A stretch of 63,180 nt of DNA, counting the filler, from Kipferlia bialata (taxonomy: Eukaryota), in the NCBI GenBank assembly GCA_003568945.1. It is 6 parts of 6 records of this genome, joined end to end, with 100 filler letters (N's around TTAATTAATTAA, not from the genome) between each part and the next. Parts side by side here need not be neighbours in the genome. Positions count along the whole stretch, not along the records: positions 50,911 to 60,517 come from BDIP01000731.1; positions 60,618 to 63,180 come from BDIP01000850.1; 4 more parts are not named here. One strand, written 5' to 3'. The notes under the pieces were generated by a model that was given only the letters and a program-made list of their open reading frames with translations, had not been told where the DNA came from and made no database searches. A program made the translations under genes and the position numbers. The first letter of the stretch is position 1. The number at the start of each line of letters is the position of its first letter. Below, in pieces: positions 50,982 to 63,180 of the stretch.

Positions 50982-52736
50982 GAGCCATCTGTCGCATTGA
51001 GGGGGAGTACCCCAGCTACTCCACCACTCTCCTGCACCACTACTCCATGCCCCTGCCCCCAGACTTGGTAACCAGGCTCAGGTGAAGTCTCCCCTCCATC
51101 CCTGTATGTATGTCTCTATATATAGCGTTCTTCTCTCTTCCTTACCTAAGGTCTCTGGCCGAGGGTACCCCCACTGCCCCTGTGGAGTTCCTAAGGGCAG
51201 CTAGGGGTCTAGGTGTGTATATGCCTGACCCTTCATCCTCTACTAGTATTGCTGTACCTGACTGCCAGGCCAGGTGTATGCCGACATGACCAAGGAGGGA
51301 CAGACCTGGATGGAGGGCAGAGAGGGTGGGGAGGAGGGAGAGAGAGAGGCCATTCACTTTGTAGTGGCACACGGTCAGACCATACACCATGAACCTAAGG
51401 AGAACTTGTCTTTCCAGGTAGTGCTTGTCACATTGTCACCTTACTAGGCCTAGTAGATATACCATATACTCGATACCGTCACAGTTGTTAGTCAGTATAC
51501 TTGACCCTGTACCTTCTCACCTCCAGCTCTTTGACCCCTGGCCTGTAGTCAGACAGTGCAGTGTCCCCGTGCTCTATGACCTTAGACAGGCAGACCTCAT
51601 AGCAGGGGGGGAGGGTACGGTACTAAGACTACTATTATGACACGCTCTAGCGAAAGAGAGTTGAGCGTTACATTCTGACTCTCAGGTGCACCTATATCCC
51701 CCATTGCCGACCCCATACTCTATGGGTGTGACAGCACCAAGGGAACTGTCTCAATCATCAACCTGGGTGGCATCTGCAACCAAACCCACTTCGTGACAAG
51801 GCCGGGGGAGGCACTCGAGGTTTCAGGGCAGGATGTGTGTCCATGCAACATTCTCCTCAATGGTGAGTGGATGCGTATATAGTATGGGTTGTTGTGCTAA
51901 TGTTGATAGTATCTTCCTTTTGTTGCCCTTCTCCAACTATTCACATCAGGTCTCTGTGAGTGTCTGCTAGACCTCCCATACGATAACAACGGAGATGCAG
52001 CCAGGGCCGGTTCCGTAGACCAGACCGTATGTGACATGCTGACAGCCTATGTGACAAGCAACACGGCCGGGGCAGTGTCTCTAGGTACCTATTATGTCAT
52101 TAGTTAATAGTTCCTGCTGTGAGCGGAGTCCTGGTCTAATTATCAGGTAGAGAGCTGTATCACAAGAGCAGCATCCGCAAGCTGACCGACGCATGCCTCG
52201 CCCTCCCGTCCTCTCCCTCCCCCTCTGACATCCTGAGGAGTGGTGTGGAGGTGGTGGCTGGTATGGTGGCTGGTGAGCTGAGCAGAGTGGGTACTGTCCA
52301 TGGCATAGTGGCAGGAGGAGGGGTCAGACACACACTGCTCTTTGACAGGATAGGGGCACTGTGCCCAGGACTCACACTACAGGTATATAGCGTATATACA
52401 TATATATACTATACTGCTAGCAAGGTGTATACCAGTATGTATATGTACCGTGTACCTGTGGCTCTTACCCCTAGCGTAGTGACGACACTCAGGTACCGTC
52501 TGAGGCCAGAGAGGCTGCATGCTTTGCTGTTCTAGGTGCCATATCAGACGATGGGCACCCAATCACAATACCAAGGATCACAAAGGCCACTCAGCCAGGT
52601 ATGGAAAGAGGTGTAGATGGGATGACTATGTACTGACACTACACTCTAGCACTCTCTCATGGGTTATAATGTGTATTCCTCTCTCACTGCAGGTGTGGCC
52701 GGGGCATGGGTCGGTCTGGAGCACAAGAGGTGGTGA
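50982..52736 (+). CDS. anmK: Anhydro-N-acetylmuramic acid kinase (AnmK/levoglucosan kinase family), multi-exon, 5'-partial
   Basis: Spliced motifs VVAHGQTIHH, VLYDLRQADLIAGGEG|APISP, IINLGGICN, GQDVCPCNILLN, YDNNGDAARAG, SLG|RE, AGGGVRH, EAACFAVLG. Stop 52734-52736. Confidence 0.9.
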
Positions 52737-52996
52737 TGCTATGGTCATGTCTTGAGTGCCACTTTGATGTACAATATGAACCCAATAGAACATAACATAG
52801 TGGGATATTAGGTGGTACTTTGATCAATTATCGATTCATTATATATATATGCAGAAGAGGTCTTCAGGTAATACTATACTGCATATCACTGGTAAAAGAC
52901 AGCCTTTAAACTCAATCTATTTCTCATCACGCTAGGTGAAGTCCAAAGTGATCCTTCAGACACTCACCCTACCGCATACTCACTCTCTCTCTCTCT

Positions 52997-55900
52997 CTAC
53001 ACAGGGATGGGCTCAGGCAGCTGAGACTCAATGGTGGGCTCCAGGGTGGTGCCGTTGGCGAACTGAGTCAGGTCGTACACAATCTGGGCAGGGAAGGAGG
53101 TGGTCCATCCGTTGGCGGAGAATGTGCCGTTGCCGGTCTGGTAGGTGTAGATGCGCTCGGCCTTGTCCTCAGGCTCCATGTTCTCAACGGTGAATGTCCA
53201 TCTGTCCTTCACATCCTCCCACGTCTCGTCGGAGAGGGATGTCCAGCGGAAGACGGCCAGGATGCACCTCTCGTCGCAAGGCAGGATCTCCCACTTGGCC
53301 TCAAACTCTCCACAGAAGAAGTTGGGTGTGCAGTAGAAGATAGACCGGTCGCAGTGGTCGCACTCGCAGCTGGGGGGAGGGGGAGGGTTGGGCCATCCGA
53401 AGTCGAGCTTGTATCCGTTCTCGTCGTCCACATCATCGGGGACGATGATCTCGGGGTCGTCGAGGCAGGAGAGGGTCTCGGAGCAGCATGCATAGTCGAA
53501 GTTGGCGACGAAGTCGATGTTGAGGTCGTACTCGACGACGTCCATCTCAACGACCATCAGGAACTCCTAGGGGTCAGGCATGGACTAGACATATACCTAT
53601 ACAGTGCATAGTATATGTATATATGTGTGTGTGTACGTACGTTGTCGCCGATGCTCTTGGGCACTCCGTGGCAGACCTTGGTGTCGCACTCCTGCTCGGG
53701 GCACTTGTCGAGAGGGTCACAGCCCCATCCCCATCCTCCCCTCTTTGTGCAGTCAGTGTCATCACAGTTACAGTCCTCTCCCTCAGGACAGATGCAGCAG
53801 TCACAGAGCTGGCAGTCGGCACAGGTGCAGTTCCTGCCTGGCACCGTGAAGATGGCGGGGATGTCCTAGAGGTGAGGGTGGGTGGATACATATGTACTTA
53901 CACATATAGTACGGTTGCGGAATAATGGGTCACTCACATCGTATCCGTTGTCGAGGACACCGGCATCGAGGGCGAAGGAGGTGTTGCCACCGGACATCAG
54001 GCGAGTCTGGTAGTCTGGGGGTGAGGGGGAGATCTGATTGCCTTCTGTGTCACTAAAGAATATAGGATATATGACAATTGGCCCTACTAACCTCCGTCGA
54101 GACCTGTCCTGTTCTCAACCACGTTCTGCATGGGCAGAAGGCCGAGGGCGCCGTTCCAGAGGGTGAAGTCCTGGAGGGGCACCTTGTCTAGCACCATTCC
54201 GTAGTACTTCTTGTCGAAGTCAGCTATGTCGATAATGTCGAGGTCGATGAAGTAGCATGCGGGGACGAGGGTGATGGTGCGCACAATGTTGTAGCAGGCG
54301 TTGACAGCAACGGGGATGTACTGGTCAGAGACAACCTGGGGTGAGCGACTACACTGTAGAAGAGATAGAAGGAGGAACCTTACATGACGTACCGTGACGT
54401 ATCCCTCCTTGGCGACTGTGAAGTCGTATGTACCGTGCTGTAGAGAGGTGCCGAGGAAGGTGTAGACACCCAGGGCCTCGATGTCGGGGTAGATGGGGGC
54501 CAGGGGGTCGAGGGTGGCCTCAATGATGGCGTTGACCTGGGGGGTGCCGGTCTCGTCATAGACCTCTGGGGGTGAGGTATGTACAGAGAGAGGGATAAGG
54601 TACAGTAAGAGTATAGACACACGTACCGATGGTCCAGGTGTTGAGGTTAGCAAGGCACTCGTCCCTGGTGGGGACGATCTCCTCGATCTCGTTGTCCATG
54701 CTGCACTCCAGAGGGTATGTTCTGTACACAGTGTACACGGGGATGTCTCCCTGCTCGTACTCGTAGCTGATGTGAGATATATTGATTGTGTCATTGAGTA
54801 ACTGTGTAGTCATGCAAAATCGAACCGATACAGACTCCTCACCTCAGAACAGTCTCAGTGTAACGGGCGAAGCACTGCTCCTCAAGCATGATGTCCTCAT
54901 CGAAAGGAGAGTCGATGTCACCGATCTCCTGGATGGTCTCGGTCAGGTTGGGGTTGGAGAGCTTGGTGGCGTTGGCAGTGAACATCTGGGAAGTCAGAAG
55001 AAACAGATCAGAGCCATACTGAAGAACACTACTGTTCCTCACCTCACCACTCTGGTTCTCAATTGTGATGGATCCCTTGTCAGTGCAGTAGCAGGGCACC
55101 ACAACTGTGGTCTCAGCCTCGCCACAGCTAGATATGAGAGGATATGGAGCGATAATCAATAAGATACAGAGGGTGAGTAATGCGACCGTACCATGGCATC
55201 TCATAGCAGAAGTCGAAGTACTGTGTGGTCCTGAACTCGGGAACCTCATCGTTGCAACGGCAGCTGTAGTCGATTTCCTCCATCTCGTGGATGTAGCACT
55301 CGTAGTCGGTGTTATCGAGCTTCTCAAGGCGCACACGGATGACCATCTCCTTGCCGAGGCATGCGTAGGTATCGACGTTCTCGAAGACAGCAACACCATC
55401 GATGACGGGGGCAGTGTTGCAGCAGTACTTGTCGAGGTCGTCGCAGCACACAAGATCCACAAGAACCTCGTTACCATCACCCACGGGCCAGTCGACGACC
55501 ATGAGGTCAGCGAGCTCCACGTTGACGGTGAGGGTGACACCGACGTCACACTTGGGGTACACAGTCTCGATGTTCAGACCACAGCTAGGGGTGAGGGGGT
55601 GTTAGAGAGAGCAAGGGTAGAGACTGAGACACACTGGACAGCCACATACTTTGTGATGTCACAGACAGGCCACTGGGGGTAGTAGTCGTCGTCACTGTAG
55701 CGGGCAACAATCCTGTCGCCAACCTCAGCGAAGCCCTCGAGGTCGAAGCATGCCAGACCGTCAGAGCCTATGGTTAGCAGAACATGAGAGATAAGAGAGA
55801 GAGAGAGACTATGTTTCATACATATGCCCTGACCTGTGATTCCCTCGAGAGAGTCCCACTCCTCGTTGAAGATCTGGACGGCAATGCCCTCGATGCCCTC

Positions 55901-58900
55901 TCCGCCCCACTTGTACTGGGGGTCAGAGGTATATGGAGAGGTGTATGGATAGGTGTATAGATGCCAAGAGCATACTGATATATGTGCATACGCACCAGCA
56001 GGCCCTTGGCGTGACAGTCGAGCACCTCGAGGCAGAAGACAGGGGCGTCGCGGCACTCAAGCTCGGCAACGACCTAGTATGAGACTAAACATATCCACAT
56101 ATGTAAGAAGTGTCTATATATAGGTAGATGCAATGTACCTTGACGCATCCGCAGAAGGGCACGAAGGCACAGACGGTGGTGGGCATGTACTCGAACTTCT
56201 TCTTGTACATGTCCTTCCTGCCGTTCTTGTTGTAGCCCATGTAGTAGTCCTTGCTGACGGGGGTGACCTCGACAAACACCTTGGTGCCTGGCTCCAGGGC
56301 AGAGATGTTGACCTTCTCGTAGTGGCACCCGTACCTGCAACCCCAGTCTCCGTCGTAGCGCTTGTCGAACTTGGCGAACATCTCCTCAGAGTAAGACATG
56401 GCGTACTCGCCAGTCAGCTTCCTAGGGTCGTTCTTGCCGCCGTCGCACCTTCCGTAGTCGTGCTTCTTGCCGTCCTTGTAGTAGTCGATGTCGATGGTGA
56501 CCTCGTTGCCACACTCCTCGTCGATGTAGTAGGTGCGGATCACGGCGGACAGACACTCGTCTGCGGCGTTCTGCACGGCAATCAGCAGCTCCTTGCCCTT
56601 GCACTCGCACTGCACGATGAACTCCTCCTCGGTGAGGCCGCAGGTCAGCTCAACGTCGCGGTGCAGGGTGAGGACGTCAAAGACACCGCCAGAGCCCACC
56701 ACGACGGTGACTGTGGTCCTGCCAGAGTTGTAGATGGAGTCAACCTCGAAGGTGACGTAGCCATCCTCCTCGGTGTATCCCTCACGCAGCAGGTCTCCGT
56801 TGGCATACACATCAACGGGGATCATGTCAGCGGGGTTGTCGAGGACATCCTTGACGAGGATCCTGAGCTGAGCACCGTCACAGTAGAGACCCTGGTGCAG
56901 CACGATGGAGCCACATGGGGGCAGGAGGGTGGAGAGAGCCACGGGGGTGCGTCCATCAGCGCTGATGCGGTACTCGACGTAGGCAAGGGTGGGCACGGAG
57001 ATGGGGGTGATGTGACCCTGAAGGTGAGAGAGGGGAGGGGAGGGGATGGGAGGGGTTAGTATAATAATGATTCACGAATCCAATGAGACGTAACGTACGT
57101 TGTTGCCGGTGAGCTCGCTTCCGATGACGGCGTGTGTGTAAGGGTTGATGATCTCCACAAGTGCTCCCTTGATAGGAGCACCGGTGACTGGGTCGAAGAC
57201 GTGTCCGTAGATGAGGACAGACAGGAAGTCCACCTCGATATCCTCCACGTTCGGTCCGCAGGTAGGGAAGACCACCTTGGAGCAGTACTGCTCGCAGTTG
57301 AGGATGACCTTGATGGTGACGTAGGGGGAGAACTGGAAGTCCTTGGGGAGGTAGGCGACGTAGTAGCCCATGTCGTCGGTGCGGACAGTGGCAACAAGCA
57401 CGCCCTCGTCGGAGGAGACCTCCACTGCCTTGTCCACCATGGGGACTCCGTTGTTGGTGACGTAGCCAGAGATCCATGTGCCGGAGCAGGGCATGAGCAC
57501 CTGAAGGTCAGTATATATGAATAGTATAAGTATATATATAGATAGTAATGATATACCTGGAGGTCCTCGATGGGGCACCTGCATGTGGTGAAGGAGTGGT
57601 GGATCTCGTCGTAGTTGTCCTTGTGGGCGTCGAGCACCCATCTCTCGCCCTGGACGTTGTGTAGCTCAATGTCAGCCTTGCCCATGTAGTCAGACATGCC
57701 CTCCTGAGGGGTCAGGGGTGGCTATACAGTGTATGCGTGTGGGGGGGGGGCATAGTGTAGTATACAATGTCACACACCTGGATGAGCAGCTCGGGGTCGA
57801 AGAATGGCTCAACGGCGAAGGGGGGCTGCTTGTTGGTGGCCACGTACCACACTCCACCCACGAACCTGGGCTCGAGGGGTACAGGGGAGTCACGCACGAA
57901 CTGGATAGTAGCGATGTCGTCTGTGCACACGAGCTTGAAGACACCGAGGCAGAGGTAGCCGCACTTCATGTAGTGGAGGGAGACAGATGGAGCGTAGCCC
58001 TCAGCGAGGATCACAACCCACACCTGAAGGTGAGACAGTGTAAGAGAGAATGTAGTATATGCACTATATACATAAGTGCACCCACCTCGTCCTGACCGAT
58101 GTCGACCATCCTGATAGACCAGTCGCCACCGAGGTCAGTCACGTCCTGACCCAGGAGCTTGGCCTCTGAGGGTGAGATACTCATAGAACCAAGTACATTA
58201 TGGTATGGTATAGAGACACATCCACCACTCACCGGGGTAGACCTCGGGGTTGAGGTCGTAGGCCATGACCTTGGCGTCAGCGATGGGGTGCCAGTTCTCG
58301 TCCTTGACCACCCCAGAGATCTTGGCCTCGCAGCACTCCATGTAGAACTTCCTGAAGAGGCTGGAGCAGCCGTGGGGGATGTACATGATGGAGGTCTGGT
58401 CGTGGAACTCGTGGTCGATCACCTTGATCAGGTAGAGGCCGCCCATCTCGATACCCTGCCACTGGGACCCGCACTTGGGACGCCTGTACTCATCGTCGTC
58501 ACTGTCATCATCATAGTCATCGTCGTGGTCGTCGTCCTGGCAGGGGCACTTGGTCTCCTCGGGGTCGATCTCGTAGTAGATCTTGCCGTGGTAGTCGGTC
58601 TTGGCATAGTCAACCTAAGGGTCAGAGACACACATTAGGGTACTAGGCCTCGTACAGTTATACACCCTGTGCGTACCTTCTTGCCGGTGAGCAGGTCATA
58701 CCAGATGACATGGGCCTTGTAGACTGGCTCTCCAGTCACACCGTCCAGCACCTGAACCTTGATCTCAGACTGCACGTCCCTAGGGTGAGAGGAAGGTGGA
58801 TAGGATACAGCATATCTTGTCTAGTAGTGTAATAGGTACACGTACTCGTCGCAGCAGCCCTCAGCAGTCATGTTCAGGTAGTTGGTGCCGCACTCGAGGC

Positions 58901-60517
58901 AGATGCTCTGTCCCAGGTCAACGAGGACGGGGCAATCGCCGGCGCCTCCAACAGGGTCGAGACCGTCAGGGATCTGAGGACAGTCGGGACCGTAGCAGGG
59001 GTCGTAGTAGCCCTGGGGTGAGTGTACAGTCACACAAGGAGTAGTGATAAAAGGTAAACAGCCGCTGTACCTTGCCGGAGTACTCGTCGTTGCACTCCTC
59101 TCCGATGCACTCGGGCTCCTCCAGGGGGGGGATCACAGGCTCAACGCAGCACTCTGGCACATTGTCAGCAATGACGTCGACAACGTGGCCGGAGAGGCAG
59201 GCAGGGAGGTCAGCGCAGAGGACGCCGAGCTCGTCGGTGTATCCGAGAGAGAACCTGTCCTGCTTGTCGGTGATGATCTCAAGCTCGATGCCGGCGACGG
59301 GGAACTCGAAGCACTCAAGCTTGACGCACAGCTCGATGGTGTCGCAGTCAAGCTCGACAACCATGGGGATGTCCTCGCAGCCTGAGGTGGGTGCACTTCA
59401 AGATGAATGCACTATTAACAAACTACATAGGACCATACCTGGGGCAAAGAAGCCGAAGGTGCGCTCTCCGTAGAGCTCAGCGTCAAAGACGATGGTGAGG
59501 GCGGCATGCATGGGGATGGTCTCGGGGATGCACAGCTCGAAGTAGCCGTCCTCGTCGGTGACGGTGTTGCCGATCTCGACGGGGGGCTCGGCGTCGTCGT
59601 AGAGCACGACGGTGGCTCCGGCGATGGGCTCCTCTGAGTCCTTGTCGATGACGATGCCTGTGAAGCACCTACAGGTAAGAGGAGGGGGGTGGGGGGGAAG
59701 GATAGAGAGAGAGAGAGAGAGAGTATGTACCTGGAGTCGCAGGGCAGCTCGATGGGGCAGATGACGTTGTCTGGCTCGACGGGGTCTGTCTGGTAGTCGA
59801 TGACGACGTCCTCGAAGCCCTCGGCGCTGGCTGTGACGACAATGATGTCGCCTGGCATGCCGCATGTGGCGAGGTTGATGTCGAACTCGCCGTTCTGGTC
59901 AGTCTCGTCGTAGAGGTTGAAGGGCTCGCACTCGACGCAGACCAGGGCGTTCTCGATGGCCTCACCAGTGAGGAGGGAGGTGACGCAGCCGGAGAGGTTG
60001 AGGAGGTCGCAGGGCACGTCGAGGGTGGTGGAGATGGCGCCATAGGGGGGGATGCCGACGAGGTAGTAGGGAGGGGCCTCTGGGGGTGAGAGACAGCAGT
60101 ACACTAGGCATAGATATATATATATATATATATACCACCACACTCACCGTTGAGGTATGGCTGGCAGGGGTCGATGGTGACGTAGACAACAGGGCCTGTG
60201 GAGCCGGGGAGGGAGGCGAGGAACACGCCGTTCTCGTCAGTCTCACCCTGGGGATGAGTTGACTCAACCAACCGCAGTATACATAGATATATAAGTGTAT
60301 GAACCAGTGTGTGTACCTCAGCAAGGATCTCGCCACACCCGATGTGTGGCAGGTAGACGACACTGCACACGGTCACGTGGCACCCAGGGCCGACGCCCTC
60401 CATGGTGATCTCGCACTGGAACTCAAGGCCCAGGTCGATGACCTAGGGTCAGAAGGTGTGTGTGTGGGGGGGGGGAGGGGGTAGGGGGGGGGGGGTACTT
60501 GCAGTGACTAACATATA
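52997..60517 (-). CDS. Giant acidic Cys-rich extracellular protein with repeated carboxypeptidase-regulatory-like (transthyretin-like beta-sandwich) domains, 5'-partial
   Basis: Repeats GIVIDKDSEEPIAGATVVL..TVTDEDGYF, GCVTSLLTGEAIENALV..TDQNGEF, SGVVKDENWHPIADAKV, GHVFDPVTGAPIKGALVEI, GYVTNNGVPMVDKAVEV..TDDMGYY. Strong C/G third-position bias; more than 20 short introns. Confidence 0.8.
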
Positions 60518-60617
60518 NNNNNNNNNNNNNNNNNNNNNNNNNNNNNNNNNNNNNNNNNNNNTTAATTAATTAANNNNNNNNNNNNNNNNNNNNNNNNNNN
60601 NNNNNNNNNNNNNNNNN
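60518..60617. other. Artificial contig spacer
   Basis: N-TTAATTAATTAA-N. Confidence 0.98.
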
Positions 60618-60741
60618 AAGGGAATTATTGAATTATAGTTTCTCTCCCCCCCCCCCATGTCTATGAGGGTGCTCTACCAAATATAGTATGTTATATATAT
60701 TTATTATATTTTTATATATATACATACATATGTAATGAAAA

Positions 60742-61130
60742 CCCGTGAGAGGTTCCATACAGAAGCAATTTGTGTTTCTATATACACTAATGAGGGTGCT
60801 AGGTGACCTTTACTCTGACAGCACTAATTCTTATTGTTCTATTGAGAGTAATCATAAATAACTACAGGGACTGGAACACCACACATGCTATATATACACT
60901 ATAGTACATTCATTCTGTTCAATACAATATGTTTCCTACTGAAACTGAACCTGTGAGAGATACACATACAATTTGTGTTTCTATATAGTATTGAGTATAC
61001 TCGCTGACATTTACGCTGACAGCACATAGTAATGTTCTATGTAACAGTAATCATTAATTACTACATGAGGGGGACTGGAACGCCACACATGCCATATATA
61101 CACAGTAGTATACTTATTATTATTACAATG
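60742..61130. repeat. Degenerate ~210-bp tandem duplication
   Basis: Blocks caatttgtgtttctatata, ctgacagcac, agtaatcat, gggactggaac.ccacacatgc.atatatacac occur twice in the same order. Confidence 0.8.
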
Positions 61131-62254
61131 CAGTATATTTCATAACTAACCCCTAGGCCTATGAGGGTGCTGGTGAGAGCCAGAGGGTGGGTATCAGGGC
61201 TAGACAGCAGGTACAACGTGTGTGTGTTGAGGGACTATTATTTTTACAGTGTCAGAATCAGAATCAGCAGGTGACCATGACCCTTCAGTATCAGAATCAC
61301 TATCAGTGAAATATCAATATAGAGCCAGAAGCAGTATCAGTTTTGGTGTTGTTTAGTCTGACAGCAGGAGATCAAGGCCCTTCTGGCCACTCTTGGTGAC
61401 AAGCAGAGTGCAGAAATGAGAGAGGCAGAGGCGAGATGTGAGAGGGAGAGAGAAGTGTTCACAGTGGCAAAGGTATGGCAGCTGAGTTCTAAATATAATG
61501 ATAAATTCCAATTCTGGTGTCAAATACATAATAGTGTCAATTGTATACTCATTGTAGACTGCACACGGCCAGGCCGTGGGTGTGCAGAGAGAGTGTGACA
61601 AGGCGCTTAAGGTGGCACATAGGGCACTCAGGGGGAAGCACAAGTGAGAGGACCCCACGCACACCCCATGTCCTGTTGATAAGAGAAATCACATCCTTTC
61701 TAACCCTGCCAATTTGACCCTGGTTGTGGGTCGGTATCATTGTAATCTAGTCACATTACAGTTGTTGATAATGACTTGGTGCCTCTTTCATGTTGTGGAA
61801 GGGGTGGATCATTTTGGCGAAGACTAGTTGAAATATCCGCATAGATCTTTGACCCTTCCCACTTGATCCTGTTACGATTGATCTGAGTAGATGCGACAAT
61901 ATGTGCACAAACTGGTCTTGAAGCAGAGTTTCCGATCGTTAGAATTCTTCTCTACATCTCTTACTCCAACACCTCAAGTGATGAATGAAGTGATCATCGA
62001 TGAATACCAGTCTTATAGTATTATACTACCGCAGTAACTGCAAATGGAGCGTGCAAGTATATTCACCAGTATGTGGGGGCCTTTAACCCCCGATAATCCA
62101 TTGAGGGACTTGCATCAGACATTGAAGGTTTCAAACACGAATGAGAGAGACTCAACAGTGCTGAGTCAGGAGCTGACACATACTCTTTTCATACTCAACT
62201 GGCCTTTGATATTTGGTATTGACAGACATTCCCCCTGCAGACATCGACATACAC

Positions 62255-63180
62255 ATGGAAATTGAACCAGAAGTCACAGTTGCGCAGGTGCGTTGTCTGC
62301 ATGAGGCTGAGGCTGCCTTGCATGGTGCAGACTGGGGGGTCAGAGTAGGGCCTGAGAGGGACAGAGAAGGAAGACCGGTGCGGTGGCTCCCATTCCTTCC
62401 AGGGAGGGACCAAGGGCTCACATATGATGATGTGGGAATGACCGCCATTGGAGAGGGACGTGTGCTCTACATTCAGTTCTCTGGAGCATATGATATGGTT
62501 AACCCACCACGTCAACAGTACATCGGGAGGCCAAGGTAGGGTTTCAATTCACTTCATTGTAGACTTTACAGAATACTCTTTCATTTCAAGAGCATAATAA
62601 TAATACTATTATTCGTGTTACAGGCTGAGTCTACAGTTGACTCAGGTTTGGTGACCCAACAGTGTCCTGGGAGTGGAGACACCTGGACCCACTGCCCGCG
62701 GAGTTAGCTGGGTACTCCATCAACCTCACGGTATGTGTCATGTCTCTCACGTATGTCGCTATCAGAGTCTAGTACCCTCTCAGAAGAATTCAACAGACCC
62801 GGACACTAACTCTAGGGGGCATTGATTGGTGACAGCGTGTACTATCCCCTTCAGAGGTGTCCTGTGGTCGCTGGGTCTCCCATGAGACTGGTACGGTATG
62901 ACTTATCCACTGAGGAATGGGTCATGGTGGATACAATGCAGCAAGTGGGTGACATGCATCAGGATGTCGCAGGAGACCAACCTGAACCAGGCCCTGCTGC
63001 ACAGCAGAGAGACAACGGGGCTATTGACATGCCAAACCATGACTCTGGTGTAAGGACTGCAGAGGTCCCACACTCCCATCCCACAGGGCGATACGCCTGT
63101 TTTGTGCAGTCCAAAGGACCCTACCTAATTGTTGCTGGGGGTTCCTCTGACTTTGGCCATCGTCAGTACAGCGACATGGG
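62255..63180 (+). CDS. Kelch-like beta-propeller hypothetical protein, 3'-partial
   Basis: Spliced reading ...MTAIGEGRVL...PR|FGDPTVSWEWRHLDPLP...LT|GALIGDSVYY...RYDLSTEEWV...GPYLIVAGG. The start may lie further upstream (ATG 62044 could be spliced in). Confidence 0.65.

Noticed and set aside
56133..57524. Long plus-strand ORFs (308 aa, 130 aa)
   Set aside because: Antisense shadows of the strongly codon-biased minus-strand gene.
50982..60517. Bacterial contamination as the source of anmK and the repeat protein
   Set aside because: Both are interrupted by introns with the same splice signals as the host housekeeping genes.

Overview
Eukaryotic, intron-containing DNA made of six unrelated contigs joined by artificial N-TTAATTAATTAA-N spacers. 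Branch point-adjacent 3' splice sites, (CT)n/(AT)n-laden introns and the gene content suggest a free-living anaerobic metamonad such as Kipferlia (inference). Contig 1 (1-15241) is compact housekeeping DNA: TTC5, NAT10, IFT140, CWC22. Later contigs hold a small bacterial-type ACT-like protein resembling the FeFe-hydrogenase-system regulator family, with an N-terminal extension. They also hold a secreted protein of a predator-associated family, a coiled-coil protein, a divergent actin, a large ankyrin-FYVE protein, a bacterial-type AnmK kinase, a giant Cys-rich secreted protein with carboxypeptidase-regulatory-like repeats and a Kelch-like protein. The most striking unexplained structure is pervasive 'exon echoes'. 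Introns contain diverged tandem partial copies of the neighbouring exon that usually carry only one splice site. Acceptor+exon-head copies lie upstream of the complete exon and exon-tail+donor copies lie downstream in the cases traced. Exon models were read by eye and are approximate.
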